In this document: in pieces, positions 53,943 to 62,942 of the stretch | Numbering within the stretch: position 1 is the stretch's first letter | Layout: every line of letters starts with the position of its first letter | NCBI GenBank assembly: GCA_036229005.1 | Contig: JAZAMN010000022.1 | Span: 6,572-70,571 of the forward strand | Length of the DNA stretch: 64,000 nt | From: Myxococcota bacterium | GTDB lineage: Bacteria > Myxococcota_A > UBA796 > CAJQPC01 | Direction of reading: 5' to 3' | Made by a program: the position numbers and the translations under genes | Notes under the pieces: generated by a model | Told to the model about the DNA's origin: nothing | The model's database searches: none | Seen by the model: only the letters and a program-made list of their open reading frames with translations

Positions 53943-55349
53943 TCAGACCGTCTCGCCGGGCTTGAACCCCGCCTCGACCACTTTGGCGCGCACGGACTCC
54001 AGGTCCAGCACGCCCTGGACGTGGACGATCCCCGACTCCAGGTCGATGTCGACGGCCTCGACGCCCTCCAGCTCGCGGAGGCGGCCCTCCACCTTGCGGG
54101 CGCAGCCCTTGCAGGTCATGCCGCCGACCTCCAGGTCCAGGCTGGGGCTGAGCACCTGGGCGCCGAAGCCAGCCTCCTGGATGGTCGCGACCACGCGCTC
54201 CTGCAGGTCCGCCCCGCTGCCGTTGACGCTCACCCGGCCGGACTCCAGGTCCACCGTGAAGGCGTCCACACCCTCCAGCTCGCTCAGCCGGCCCTCGACT
54301 TTGCGCACACAGCCCCCGCAGGTCATGCCGGACACCCTCAGGTCCAGAGCGGTGGACTCAGAGAGCTCGGGCTGCTGACGACGCGCCCACCAGAGCCGCA
54401 GATCCTGCAGCGCGAACCAGGCGACCATGGCGATCAGCAGCCCGCCCATGGCCTGCGCGAAGGGGCCCAGGTGCTCGTGGCCGCCGTGCTTGAGGGCCTC
54501 GACGGGGATCACGCCGTCAAAGAGCAGCCCAAAGCCGATGGAGCCGACCACGATGGTGCCCAGGTAGATGGCCAGCGGGCGCTTGCCCAGGGTGCGGTAG
54601 ACGGCGCCCAGGGTGGCCACGTTCGTGGCGGGGCCGGCCATCAGGAAGACCAGCGCGGCGCCCGTGGGCAGGCCCGCACCGACCAACGCAGCGGCGATGG
54701 GCACCGAGGCGGTCGCACAGACGTAGAGCGGCAGCGACACGAGCAGCGCCGCGGCCATCGCCAGCAGTCCGCCGCCCGCCTGGAGCCCGGTCAGCGCGTC
54801 GGGGGGCACGAACACGGTCAGCGCCGCGGACGCCAGCACGCCCACGCTCAGCCAGCCCCAGATGTTCTGGATCATCTCGATGCCGTGCTCGAACATCTGC
54901 TTGGGGGTGGGACGGGGGCCCGCCTCGGGCTCGGGCTGGACGTGCTGCTCGGCGCTCAGGCCGTCGGTCAGGAAGCCGCCCACCAGGCCGGTGACAGCGG
55001 CCGCGGCCACCTTGAACAGCGCGAAGGGCCAGCCCAGGAAGCTGGCGGCCACCAGCGTGGAGTCCACGCCGGTCTGGGGGGTGGAGATCAGGAAGCCCAC
55101 GGCGGCGCCGTCGCTGGCCCCGTCCTTCTTGAGGCCCAGGCCGGCCGGGATGACGCCGCAGGAGCACAGGGGCAGCGGGACGCCCAGGGCGACGGCCTTG
55201 AGCACGCCCGCGCGGCCGCTCAGGTGGCGCTTGACGAAGCCGGGGGGCAGCAACCCGTGGAGCAGGGCGGAGATGCCCGCGCCCAGCAGGAGCCAGGGGG
55301 CGAGCTCGGCTGTGATCTCCCACACGGCGCGCAGGTATTCGGTGATCAT
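53943..55349 (-). CDS. metal (Cu/Zn-type) efflux permease (DUF318/ArsP-like, SO_0444-like) fused to two C-terminal HMA domains
   Basis: ~8 TM helices with the CSCG motif (PLPLCSCGVIPAG). Two heavy-metal-associated domains with GMTCGGC and GMTCKGC. Confidence 0.85.
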   Translation of the reverse strand: MITEYLRAVWEITAELAPWLLLGAGISALLHGLLPPGFVKRHLSGRAGVLKAVALGVPLPLCSCGVIPAGLGLKKDGASDGAAVGFLISTPQTGVDSTLVAASFLGWPFALFKVAAAAVTGLVGGFLTDGLSAEQHVQPEPEAGPRPTPKQMFEHGIEMIQNIWGWLSVGVLASAALTVFVPPDALTGLQAGGGLLAMAAALLVSLPLYVCATASVPIAAALVGAGLPTGAALVFLMAGPATNVATLGAVYRTLGKRPLAIYLGTIVVGSIGFGLLFDGVIPVEALKHGGHEHLGPFAQAMGGLLIAMVAWFALQDLRLWWARRQQPELSESTALDLRVSGMTCGGCVRKVEGRLSELEGVDAFTVDLESGRVSVNGSGADLQERVVATIQEAGFGAQVLSPSLDLEVGGMTCKGCARKVEGRLRELEGVEAVDIDLESGIVHVQGVLDLESVRAKVVEAGFKPGETV

Positions 55350-55630
55350 CGGGTGCCTCCAAAGCGGGCGAGCAGGTCGGAGAGCTCGCTCAGGGTCTGC
55401 TCACGGGTGTTCTCGTCGCCGGACTGCAGGGCGCTGGCGACGCAGTGACGGACGTGCTCTTCGAGCATGATCTGGCCCGCGCGGCCCAGCCCACCGCGGA
55501 CGGCTGAGAGCTGGACCAGCACCTCGGGGCAGTACCGGTCCTCCTCGACCATGCGGCGGACGCCGGCGAGCTGTCCCTCCAGGCGCCGCAGGCGGGCCAG
55601 GAGCTTCTTCTTCTGTTGTGCGTCCTTCAT
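55346..55630 (-). CDS. csoR: CsoR/RcnR/FrmR-family metal-sensing repressor
   Basis: LARLRRLEGQLAGVRRMVEEDRYCPEVLVQLSAV....HVRHC, carrying the C-H-C ligand pattern. ATG 55630. The stop overlaps the permease start (ATGA). Confidence 0.88.
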   Translation of the reverse strand: MKDAQQKKKLLARLRRLEGQLAGVRRMVEEDRYCPEVLVQLSAVRGGLGRAGQIMLEEHVRHCVASALQSGDENTREQTLSELSDLLARFGGTR

Positions 55631-55641
55631 CCGGGTCTCCT

Positions 55642-55692
55642 GATACCCCCTGGGGGTATCTTTCCTGCACCCAGTATACCCCCAGGGGGTAT
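55642..55692. promoter_or_regulatory. two CsoR-type operator palindromes
   Basis: GATACCCCC-T-GGGGGTATC (55642-55660) and ATACCCCC-A-GGGGGTAT (55676-55692), 12-62 bp upstream of csoR. Confidence 0.8.
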
Positions 55693-55762
55693 GAGTTGCA
55701 CCCTGTGCGATGATCGTTTTTTGGAGCGCGATCCCTCGCGGGTCCAATGCGCAGGAGGGCCG

Positions 55763-57352
55763 ATGTTGCTGTGGTGGGTGTTGGCTTGCGGGCGGGTGAC
55801 CTCGCCGATGGAGACGGGTGTAGAGGACTCCGAGGCGGAGACCGGGGACAGCGGTGGGGACGGGATCTGCTCACCGGATCACAGCCTCACCTCGACCCAG
55901 ACCCGGACGAGCACGGCGATCGTGCAGGGAGAGGAAGCGGGGGCTGGGCTGGCTTTTCTGGCGATCCCCTTCACCGAGCCGCCTCTGGGAGCGCTCCGGC
56001 TGGCGCCTCCGCAGCCCTACGCCTGCCGCGACGGCGAGGTCATCTCGGCGCAGACCTTCGGCCCCACCTGTCCGCAGCTCGACGACGAGGGCGCGCTCAC
56101 GGGCAGCGAGGACTGCCTGCAGCTCAACGTGTTCACGCCGGACACCGCGCTGAGCGGCGCGCGCCCCGTGATGGTGTTCATCCACGGTGGCGGGATGGTG
56201 CAAGGAAGCGCCAGCCGCGAGGAGAACGGGGTGGCCCTCTTTGACGGGGCGCTGCTGGCGGAGCGCACGGGGGCGATCGTGGTGACGCTCCAGTACCGGC
56301 TGGGGGCGCTGGGCTTCCTGAACCACCCGGAGCTGCGGGCTGTGGGGCTGGGCGGGAACCTGGGCACGCAGGACCAGCTCCAGGGGCTGGCGTGGGTGCA
56401 GGAGAACGCGGCGGCCTTTGGCGGAGACCCGGCGCAGGTGATGGTCTTTGGGGAGAGCGCGGGGGCGCTGAGCATCTGCGGGCTCTACACCAGCCCCTAC
56501 GCCGAGGGGCTCTTCTCGGCGGCGGTCATCCAGTCCGGGGGCTGTCAGACGGCCACCTTGGCGGAGGCGGAGGCCGAGGGGGAGGCCTACGCTGCGGAGC
56601 TGGGCTGTGAGGACGCGGCGTGCCTGCAGGAGGCCCCGCTGGAGGACCTGGTGGCGCTGAGCACTGCGCCCATCTCGGAGCTGGGCGTGCCGGGGACCGG
56701 GGGCTTCGGGCTGAGCATTGATGGGGACGTCCTGCCCCAGGACCCCTGGGATGCCCTGGCGGCGGGCGAGCACGTCGGGGTGCCGCTGATCGTGGGCCAC
56801 AACCGCGAGGAGACGGGCAGCTACAGCCCCACCCTGAGCGAGGCCGAGTACGAGACCCTGCTCAAGGGGCTCTTCCTGACCCGCTGGGAGGAGGCGGCGG
56901 CCCTCTGGTCGGTGGAGGAGTACGGCAGCGCCCGCAGCGCCTGGATCGCGCTGAGCACCGACGCCTCCTTTGGCTGCCCCGCCCAGCGCATGGCCGACCT
57001 GGTGAGCGAGAGCGGCACGCCTGCCTACCGCTACCTGTTCACCCACACCCCCGATACCGCCCTGTCCCGCGTTCGCGGCGCCTACCACGGCCTGGAGCTG
57101 CTCTACCTCTTCCAGCGGCTGGAGCCCATGGAAGCCGCCGGGCTCTACGAGGGCAACACCGACGACGAGGCCGTGGAGGCGCTGATGCGCACCCTCTGGC
57201 TGGCGCACGCGCAGGGCGAGGACCTGCAGGCTGACGGCGTCGCCTGGCCCGTGACCGACGACACGCAGCCCTACCTGGAGCTGGCGGCCGAGCCGGCGGT
57301 GGGGACCGGGTGGCATGCGGAGGGGTGTGGGTTTCTGGGGGAGGTGTTCTGA
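55763..57352 (+). CDS. carboxylesterase type B family lipoprotein
   Basis: MLLWWVLACG lipobox preceded by AGGAGGG. EDCLQLNVFTP, VFIHGGG and the nucleophile elbow FGESAGA. Confidence 0.88.
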   Translation: MLLWWVLACGRVTSPMETGVEDSEAETGDSGGDGICSPDHSLTSTQTRTSTAIVQGEEAGAGLAFLAIPFTEPPLGALRLAPPQPYACRDGEVISAQTFGPTCPQLDDEGALTGSEDCLQLNVFTPDTALSGARPVMVFIHGGGMVQGSASREENGVALFDGALLAERTGAIVVTLQYRLGALGFLNHPELRAVGLGGNLGTQDQLQGLAWVQENAAAFGGDPAQVMVFGESAGALSICGLYTSPYAEGLFSAAVIQSGGCQTATLAEAEAEGEAYAAELGCEDAACLQEAPLEDLVALSTAPISELGVPGTGGFGLSIDGDVLPQDPWDALAAGEHVGVPLIVGHNREETGSYSPTLSEAEYETLLKGLFLTRWEEAAALWSVEEYGSARSAWIALSTDASFGCPAQRMADLVSESGTPAYRYLFTHTPDTALSRVRGAYHGLELLYLFQRLEPMEAAGLYEGNTDDEAVEALMRTLWLAHAQGEDLQADGVAWPVTDDTQPYLELAAEPAVGTGWHAEGCGFLGEVF

Positions 57353-57359
57353 GGGGGGC

Positions 57360-57629
57360 TCAGAGCGATTCCAGCGCGAGAGAGAGCTTGTCGGCGAGGC
57401 TCCAGCGCAGGCCGGCGGAGTAGAGGCTCCCTGCGAGGCTGGGGCGGCGGAAGACGGTGATGACGGCGCGGCCATCGTGGACCACCACGACGCCACGCAG
57501 GTGGACACGGACCTGACCGGGCTTGGCCCGCAGGGGTTCGCCGGAGGCCACGCAGGCGCGGACCTCGGCCAGGGAGATGTTGCGCTCGTGCATTCGCTGG
57601 CGGGCGTGGAGGGAGAGAGACAGGGACAT
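57360..57629 (-). CDS. DUF4258-like small protein (putative toxin-fold)
   Basis: LSLHARQRMHERNISLAEV pattern. 89 aa. Confidence 0.55.
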   Translation of the reverse strand: MSLSLSLHARQRMHERNISLAEVRACVASGEPLRAKPGQVRVHLRGVVVVHDGRAVITVFRRPSLAGSLYSAGLRWSLADKLSLALESL

Positions 57630-57684
57630 CGGCGGGCTCCGGGGACAGGGGGAGAACGCGGGGACCGAAGCCCCCGCAGCGAGC

Positions 57685-57885
57685 TCAGCGCTTGCCGCCG
57701 CCGCCCTTGGTGCTGCCCTTTCCGGACTTGGCGCCCCCCTTTCCAGGCTTGGCGCCTCCCTTTCCGCTGTTGCTGGCCGCGGCCTTCGACGCGCGCGCCT
57801 TGAACCCGGAGTTCTTGCCGCTCTTGTCGGCGTGGCTCTGGATCCGGCTCGCGGCGGGCTGGGTCATCGGGGTCTTCTTGCTCAT
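57685..57885 (-). CDS. small basic Gly/Lys-rich protein (SMP/KGG-like)
   Basis: MSKKTPMTQPAASRIQSHADKSGKNSG..., then GKGGAKPGKGGAKSGKGSTKGGGGKR. 66 aa. Confidence 0.5.
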   Translation of the reverse strand: MSKKTPMTQPAASRIQSHADKSGKNSGFKARASKAAASNSGKGGAKPGKGGAKSGKGSTKGGGGKR

Positions 57886-58056
57886 GTGGACTCTCCAGTT
57901 GGGGTTCTGTCAGCGAGCTGACACCCTTGGAATCACACGGGCCAAAGCTGGGTTTTCATTGTTTCCCAGAACAGCGGAGGGTCCCCCTCGAACGCCGACT
58001 CCAGACAAGACAGCCACCCCGGAGGCTGGCTGCGCTCGCCTGGACGGGGGGCCGGG

Positions 58057-58656
58057 TCAGGTGTCTCTGGGGTCCAGCCGAAGGGCCCCCAGCACCTCTG
58101 CGCTCCCCTGCCCTCCCAAGGCTTCCTGCAGGAGCGCAATGGCCGGAGCGGCAGACTGGTCCGGGGTCCTCAGTGCCCACAGCGTGCTGCGCTCCCCTGG
58201 CTGAGGGAGCTCGCGCTCAAAGGACTGCCCGGCATTCAAGCGTTGATGGCCCAAGCGCTGCACGCGGCCGCCATCATCGGTCACGATCAGGTGGTAGTGC
58301 CCGGGCTGAGGAGCTGTCACCACGGCCATTGGGCCAGGGTCTGACTCCAGGAGTTGGAGCAGCTCCACGGGCGCCGCCTCGTCGCTCGCCAGGGCGAAGG
58401 TCCCGGCGGGGGCGTCCAGGAGCACAGCGCGCCCCTGCTCCAGCAGGGTCTGCCAACCCGCGACGAAGCTCGCCCAAGGCGCTCCCCGGGCTGCGAGCCC
58501 AGCGTCACGGCGTGCGTCTCGCTCCGCTTGCAGGATCCCATCCAGGAGCAGGGGAAGCTGGGGGTCCCGGCAGCGGATCATCCACTCGGTGACGCGGCGG
58601 CGCTCAGGGGCCGGGAGCTCTCCCCGGACCCACTGAACGAGGGTCTGTTCGGTCAT
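58057..58656 (-). CDS. hypothetical protein, N-terminus reminiscent of anti-sigma factors
   Basis: MTEQTLVQWVRGELPAPERRRVTEWMIRC resembles the LxxYLDGELxxxERxxVExHL pattern but lacks the Zn ligands. The ATG overlaps the upstream stop by 4 nt. Confidence 0.55.
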   Translation of the reverse strand: MTEQTLVQWVRGELPAPERRRVTEWMIRCRDPQLPLLLDGILQAERDARRDAGLAARGAPWASFVAGWQTLLEQGRAVLLDAPAGTFALASDEAAPVELLQLLESDPGPMAVVTAPQPGHYHLIVTDDGGRVQRLGHQRLNAGQSFERELPQPGERSTLWALRTPDQSAAPAIALLQEALGGQGSAEVLGALRLDPRDT

Positions 58657-59246
58657 TTGGTCATCCCATAGCTCTGGCTGCGCTCGAGCTTGAGCACGTC
58701 GCAGGCGGTTGTAGTGACTGCAGGCTTGAGCAGCCGGAAGACCAGCTCCCCGAGCACCTGCTGCTGATCCAAGGCGTCCATCTCCTCACAGAGGGTGAGG
58801 ACGGCCTCTTCGGCGCCGGAGCGGGCCAGGGCCTTGAGCAGACGGGGCCCCCCGAAGCCTTTGACACCTGGGGCCTTGGCCGCGGCCTTGCTCCACGCGT
58901 AGGGCGGGACGTTGTCCGGGAAGGGTGTGAAGTACACCACCTTGAGCGCCTCCCGCTGCCTGCTGTCGCTGAGCTTGGGCAGCACCTGCTTCCAGATCAC
59001 AGCGTGCCGGAAGACCGCCAGGCTGCGGTACTTGCTCCGAGAGGGGCGACCCAGGGCCAGGTAGCGACGCGAAGGCTCGAAGGGCATGGCCATCTCCGTC
59101 CGCGCCAGCTCGGCCCTCGCCCGCTGGGTGGCTGCCAGCCAGAGCGGACTCATCTCCATGCAGCTCTGGTCCACGACCTGCTCCAAGGCCGCCGCCAGCT
59201 CACTGACGAGCTGCTGGTCCTCTTCTTCGCTGAGTCTGAACGGCAT
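58653..59246 (-). CDS. hypothetical protein (197 aa)
   Basis: Protein-like composition. LPKLSDSRQREALKVVYF faintly resembles sigma-70 region 4. Coupled to the downstream gene. Confidence 0.55.
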   Translation of the reverse strand: MPFRLSEEEDQQLVSELAAALEQVVDQSCMEMSPLWLAATQRARAELARTEMAMPFEPSRRYLALGRPSRSKYRSLAVFRHAVIWKQVLPKLSDSRQREALKVVYFTPFPDNVPPYAWSKAAAKAPGVKGFGGPRLLKALARSGAEEAVLTLCEEMDALDQQQVLGELVFRLLKPAVTTTACDVLKLERSQSYGMTK

Positions 59247-59303
59247 GTCGCCCCTTTAGGCCGAGTCCTGGCCCGGCTGATCCGTGTTTCCCAGAACGCG
59301 CCC

Positions 59304-61007
59304 TCAGGTGGCCACACACTGCCCCGTCAGCGCCAGCCAGACGTAGGCCTGGTAGGCCCGGACCTCCCCGCCCTCACTGCTCACCTGCAGCGCATTGCGG
59401 AGCTCCTTGGGGTTGGCCTTGGGGCACAGGTACAGCAGGCTCGCCGCGATCCCGGAGACATAGGGGGCGGCCAGCGAGGTCCCCGACAGGCTGCCGTAGC
59501 CGCCCCCCACCTGGGTGGTGCAGATGGCCTCTCCGGGCGCCTTGAGGTCCGGCCCAGCGCCGTTGAACCCGCTGCTGTTCCCGAGCCGGTTCGTCGAAGC
59601 GACGCTCAACACTGTCCCGTGGCGGGCCGGCCAGTGCCGCGCGCCCGACTTGTTGCCAGCGGCCGCCACCACCAGCACCCCCTCCTGCTCGGCGTACTCC
59701 AGCGCCTCGACCACCACCTGGGGCGTGGTGCCCACCCCAGCCAAGGACAGGTTGATGACCTGGGCTCCCTCGTCGACAGCGTCGGTGATGGCATCGGCGA
59801 CCTCCCAGCTCGGCGTCCGACGCTCGCTCAGCGCAAAGTCCAGCAGCTCGATGCGCTGCCCGCTGTGGTTTGGGCTGCTCACGCCGATGTAGTTGTGGCT
59901 CTTTGCGGCCAGCACGCCGGCGACGCCTGTTCCGTGAACCGACCCCCGCCCGTACCCGCCTCGCACCACCCCCTTCAGGTCGGGGTGGGAGGCGTCGATG
60001 CCCAGATCCACGACGGCCACCAAGGTCTCCGGCCTGCGCACCAGGGGCCGGAGCTTCGCCAGCTCCAGCAGCTCGGTGCGCTCCAGGCCGTATTGATGCT
60101 GCGAATAGGGGTCGTTTGTGAGCCTGCGACCGGGCACCGGGCTCGCGCACCGGCTCGCAGCCTCGGCCTCGGGGACCTGGGCCATCGACACAGGCTCCAC
60201 CCAGTCGACGTTCTCCCAGTCGTCCTCAAGCAGCTCCTGCGCCCTGGCCCGGTCGGCGTAGGACACGGAGAGCACAAACTGGCGGTTGAGGCCGGTCCGG
60301 TCGTGCGGGACGTAGTCGTCGTGGACCCGCTCGGGTTTCAGCGCCAGCAGCCGGTCGTCCAGCTCTGTGAGGGAGTCGTCTGGGCCCAGCTCGAAGACCA
60401 GCTCCGCGCTGCCTGGGTCGAGGGGGGTGACGGGCTCCTCCCAGTCCAACCAGAACATCAGCGCGAAAGGAGACGCGGAGAGCGCGACCCAACCGGGGAT
60501 GGGTGTGGGGAAGTCTGGTCGGGCGACCGCGGCCAGGTGTCGAGTGGCGCGGGAGAAGCGGCGGAGCGTCCAGGAGCCGAGCAGCAGCCGGAGAAAGAGG
60601 GCGGTGTAGAAGGCCAGGAGCAGGATGGCCAATCCCATCGCGAGGGTGAACACCAGCACAGCCTCTTCCGGAGACGCCTGCTCGAGGCCATCGAAGAGAA
60701 ACGCCTCCGGGTCTCGAATCAAACCGGCACAGGTCACGATCAACGCCGCGCCCGCCATGAGGAAGAAGAACCCCAGCCCCCGAGTGAAGCGCTCCGGGCG
60801 CATGGGGACCGGCTCCGCGGCACGCTTGAGCACCCCCGTCAAGGTCTCGATGGCCCGGTTCAAGCGGAGCCACTCAAAGACCATGAGCACGATGAAGCTC
60901 AGCATGCCCGAGAAGATGACGGTCCCTTCCAGGTCTGTCCCATCCTGGACGAGCCAGAGGAACCACCCCACAAACAACGCGCCAAGCTGCAGGGCGCGCA
61001 CAATCAT
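59304..61007 (-). CDS. membrane-anchored subtilisin-like (S8) serine protease
   Basis: N-terminal ~4-5 TM helices (ALQLGALFVGWFLWLV, MLSFIVLMVFEWL, GLGFFFLMAGAALIVTCAG, VLVFTLAMGLAILLLAFYTALFL). Catalytic triad motifs VAVVDLGID, HGTGVAGVLAA and GTSLAAPYVSG. ATG 61007. Confidence 0.85.
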   Translation of the reverse strand: MIVRALQLGALFVGWFLWLVQDGTDLEGTVIFSGMLSFIVLMVFEWLRLNRAIETLTGVLKRAAEPVPMRPERFTRGLGFFFLMAGAALIVTCAGLIRDPEAFLFDGLEQASPEEAVLVFTLAMGLAILLLAFYTALFLRLLLGSWTLRRFSRATRHLAAVARPDFPTPIPGWVALSASPFALMFWLDWEEPVTPLDPGSAELVFELGPDDSLTELDDRLLALKPERVHDDYVPHDRTGLNRQFVLSVSYADRARAQELLEDDWENVDWVEPVSMAQVPEAEAASRCASPVPGRRLTNDPYSQHQYGLERTELLELAKLRPLVRRPETLVAVVDLGIDASHPDLKGVVRGGYGRGSVHGTGVAGVLAAKSHNYIGVSSPNHSGQRIELLDFALSERRTPSWEVADAITDAVDEGAQVINLSLAGVGTTPQVVVEALEYAEQEGVLVVAAAGNKSGARHWPARHGTVLSVASTNRLGNSSGFNGAGPDLKAPGEAICTTQVGGGYGSLSGTSLAAPYVSGIAASLLYLCPKANPKELRNALQVSSEGGEVRAYQAYVWLALTGQCVAT

Positions 61008-61099
61008 GCTTCGAAGCACACTCTTCCCGAGTCGAGCGCGAATCCTACGGGCAGGCGCGTCCCTGCGTCGATTACAGCGCCCTACAGCCGCGGGCGGCC

Positions 61100-61606
61100 C
61101 TACTCCAGCACCAAACACGCCCCCTGCAGCGCCGCCAGCTCGTCCATCCACACCTGACGCGTCTGGGCGTTGGGGTCGGCCTCGTAGGCAGCCTGGGCTT
61201 CGGCGGCGACCTGGGCGGCGATCTGGATGGCCTCCCGCGCGGGATCGGGCAGAGGCTCGGGCTCACTGCCCTGGGCGACGGGCTCGACGCCGGAGGGCTC
61301 CTGGATGTCCTCGCACACGCGCTGGGGCGTGGGGTTGCGCTGGTCTCCAGGCTCCAGGATGCGTTGCTGTTGCTCATGCCCGGCGGCGGTGGCGTAGGCC
61401 ATCTGGACGCCCACTCCGGGCAGGGCGCAGTCCTGCTCAGGGCTCCAGGCGTACTGGGGCTCGCGCTCGGCGCAGACGCGGTGCACCTCGGCGGCGTAGG
61501 CCCGCACGCGGGCATCCTCCTGGGTCTCCACCGAAGCCTCCGAGAGGGGCTCTGGATCAGGAGTCGGGGTCGAAGCGCAGGCGAGCAGGAGCATCCACAT
61601 GCACAC
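61100..61606 (-). CDS. lipoprotein of unknown function
   Basis: MCMWMLLLACASTPTPDPEP lipobox. 168 aa. Confidence 0.6.
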   Translation of the reverse strand: MCMWMLLLACASTPTPDPEPLSEASVETQEDARVRAYAAEVHRVCAEREPQYAWSPEQDCALPGVGVQMAYATAAGHEQQQRILEPGDQRNPTPQRVCEDIQEPSGVEPVAQGSEPEPLPDPAREAIQIAAQVAAEAQAAYEADPNAQTRQVWMDELAALQGACLVLE

Positions 61607-61622
61607 AGGATAAACGCGCGGG

Positions 61623-62630
61623 GTGAGACTCCCCTACCAAGATCCCGTGGACCTGATCTGGCTCGGCACACTGCGTGAGCTGGGCTGGCGCGTGGAGCGC
61701 AGCGACGAGGTCTTTGCGAGCTGGGACGGGCAGGGGCTGCTGCGGATCTCCTCGCCGGCGGGCTTCGATCCCGACGACTGCCTGGCGCAGATGTGTTTCC
61801 ACGAGGTGTGCCACGCGCTGGTGCAGGGCCCAGAGAACCTCTCCCGACCCGACTTCGGGATGGAGAACATCGACGATCGGGATCTGGTGGCCGAGTGGGG
61901 CTGCCACCGCCTCCAGGCGGCGCTGCTGGATCCCCACGGGCTGCGCTGGGTGCTCGCTCCCACCACGGACCACCGGCCCTACTACGAGGCCCTGCCGGCG
62001 CGCCCCCTGGCCCCCTGCGACGACCCCGCGCTGCCTCTGGCCCTGGCTGGCTACAAGCGCGCCATGGAGGGCCCCTGGGCCGAGGCGATCCAGGCCGCCC
62101 TGCAGGCCACCGCCGAGATCGGCCGCCAGGCCCGCCGCTACGCCCCCGAGAGCCTCTGGGCGCAGACCCTGGAGCGCCACCCCACCGGCTTGCCGCCCGC
62201 CCCTGAGCCCCGCCCCTGCACCGGCTGCGCGTGGTCCCGCGATGGGCAGTGCCTGGTGGCCGAGACCGCGCACCCCGAGCGGGGCTGCGGCTACTGGGAG
62301 CCTCGCCTGGGCATGGAGGACTGCGCGGACTGCGGGGCCTGCTGTCGGCAGGGCTTCGACGTGGTGGACCTGGAGCCGGACAGCCCCCTGCTGGAGAGCC
62401 ACACAAGTTGGGTGGAGGACCGCGGCTTCGGCCCACAGCTCCCCCGCCCCGGTGGCTTCTGCGTGGGCCTGGAGGACACCCAGGCGCCCTTTCGCTGCAG
62501 CGTGTATTCGCGGCGTCCCAAGGCCTGCCGGGATCTGGCGCCGGGATCGGAGGGGTGCCTGGCGGCCCGGGAGCGCTGCGGCGTGGCGCGGACGGAGCTG
62601 CCGCGGCCGAGGGTGCGGGAGCTGGGCTGA
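61623..62630 (+). CDS. fusion of an HExxH-motif domain and a YkgJ-type (CxxCxxCC) cysteine-cluster domain
   Basis: QMCFHEVCHAL (HExxH). C-terminal CADCGACCRQGF....GGFCVGL....RCSVYSRRPKACRDL matches the UPF0153/YkgJ pattern. The GTG start lies only 16 bp from the divergent lipoprotein start. Confidence 0.7.
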   Translation: MRLPYQDPVDLIWLGTLRELGWRVERSDEVFASWDGQGLLRISSPAGFDPDDCLAQMCFHEVCHALVQGPENLSRPDFGMENIDDRDLVAEWGCHRLQAALLDPHGLRWVLAPTTDHRPYYEALPARPLAPCDDPALPLALAGYKRAMEGPWAEAIQAALQATAEIGRQARRYAPESLWAQTLERHPTGLPPAPEPRPCTGCAWSRDGQCLVAETAHPERGCGYWEPRLGMEDCADCGACCRQGFDVVDLEPDSPLLESHTSWVEDRGFGPQLPRPGGFCVGLEDTQAPFRCSVYSRRPKACRDLAPGSEGCLAARERCGVARTELPRPRVRELG

Positions 62631-62754
62631 CCGCTGGGCGTCAACACTGCCCCGAGACAGCGTTCGCTTGAGCTGGGGAGCCCGTGCCCGCCCAGCGAGG
62701 CCCCGCGGCCGTGACAGTCCTGGTGCAGCCGACCTGCGAGACCGCCCAGGAAGG

Positions 62755-62847
62755 CCTCGCCAAGGCGGCTACGGGGTCTGAGTGAGCGCCCAACCGAGGC
62801 CACGGCCCCCCAATGAGCGGCGTTCTGAGGCTACGCCTGCTCGGTGA
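62755..62847 (-). repeat. left block of a second 31-bp repeat array: 3 copies in inverted orientation
   Basis: Units at 62755, 62786 and 62817, each ending (A/G/C)(A/G)TGA. For example, GCGCCCAACCGAGGCCACGGCCCCCCAATGA matches the reverse complement of the right-block unit at 23/31 positions. Confidence 0.8.
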
Positions 62848-62942
62848 GCGATTCGGCCACCGATCTGGCCCTGCGGGGCCCCAAATGCCCCCCATACGGG
62901 CCCGGATCGGGCTGAATCGGGCTGGATCGGTGGACAAATCGA

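Noticed and set aside
51758-53950. Integrated mobile element at the tRNA-Arg gene
   Set aside because: I found no integrase or recombinase ORF, and no direct repeat of the tRNA 3' end (ttcgactcctcttgggtg) downstream by eye. The idea is kept only as one possible explanation within the NADAR-region finding.
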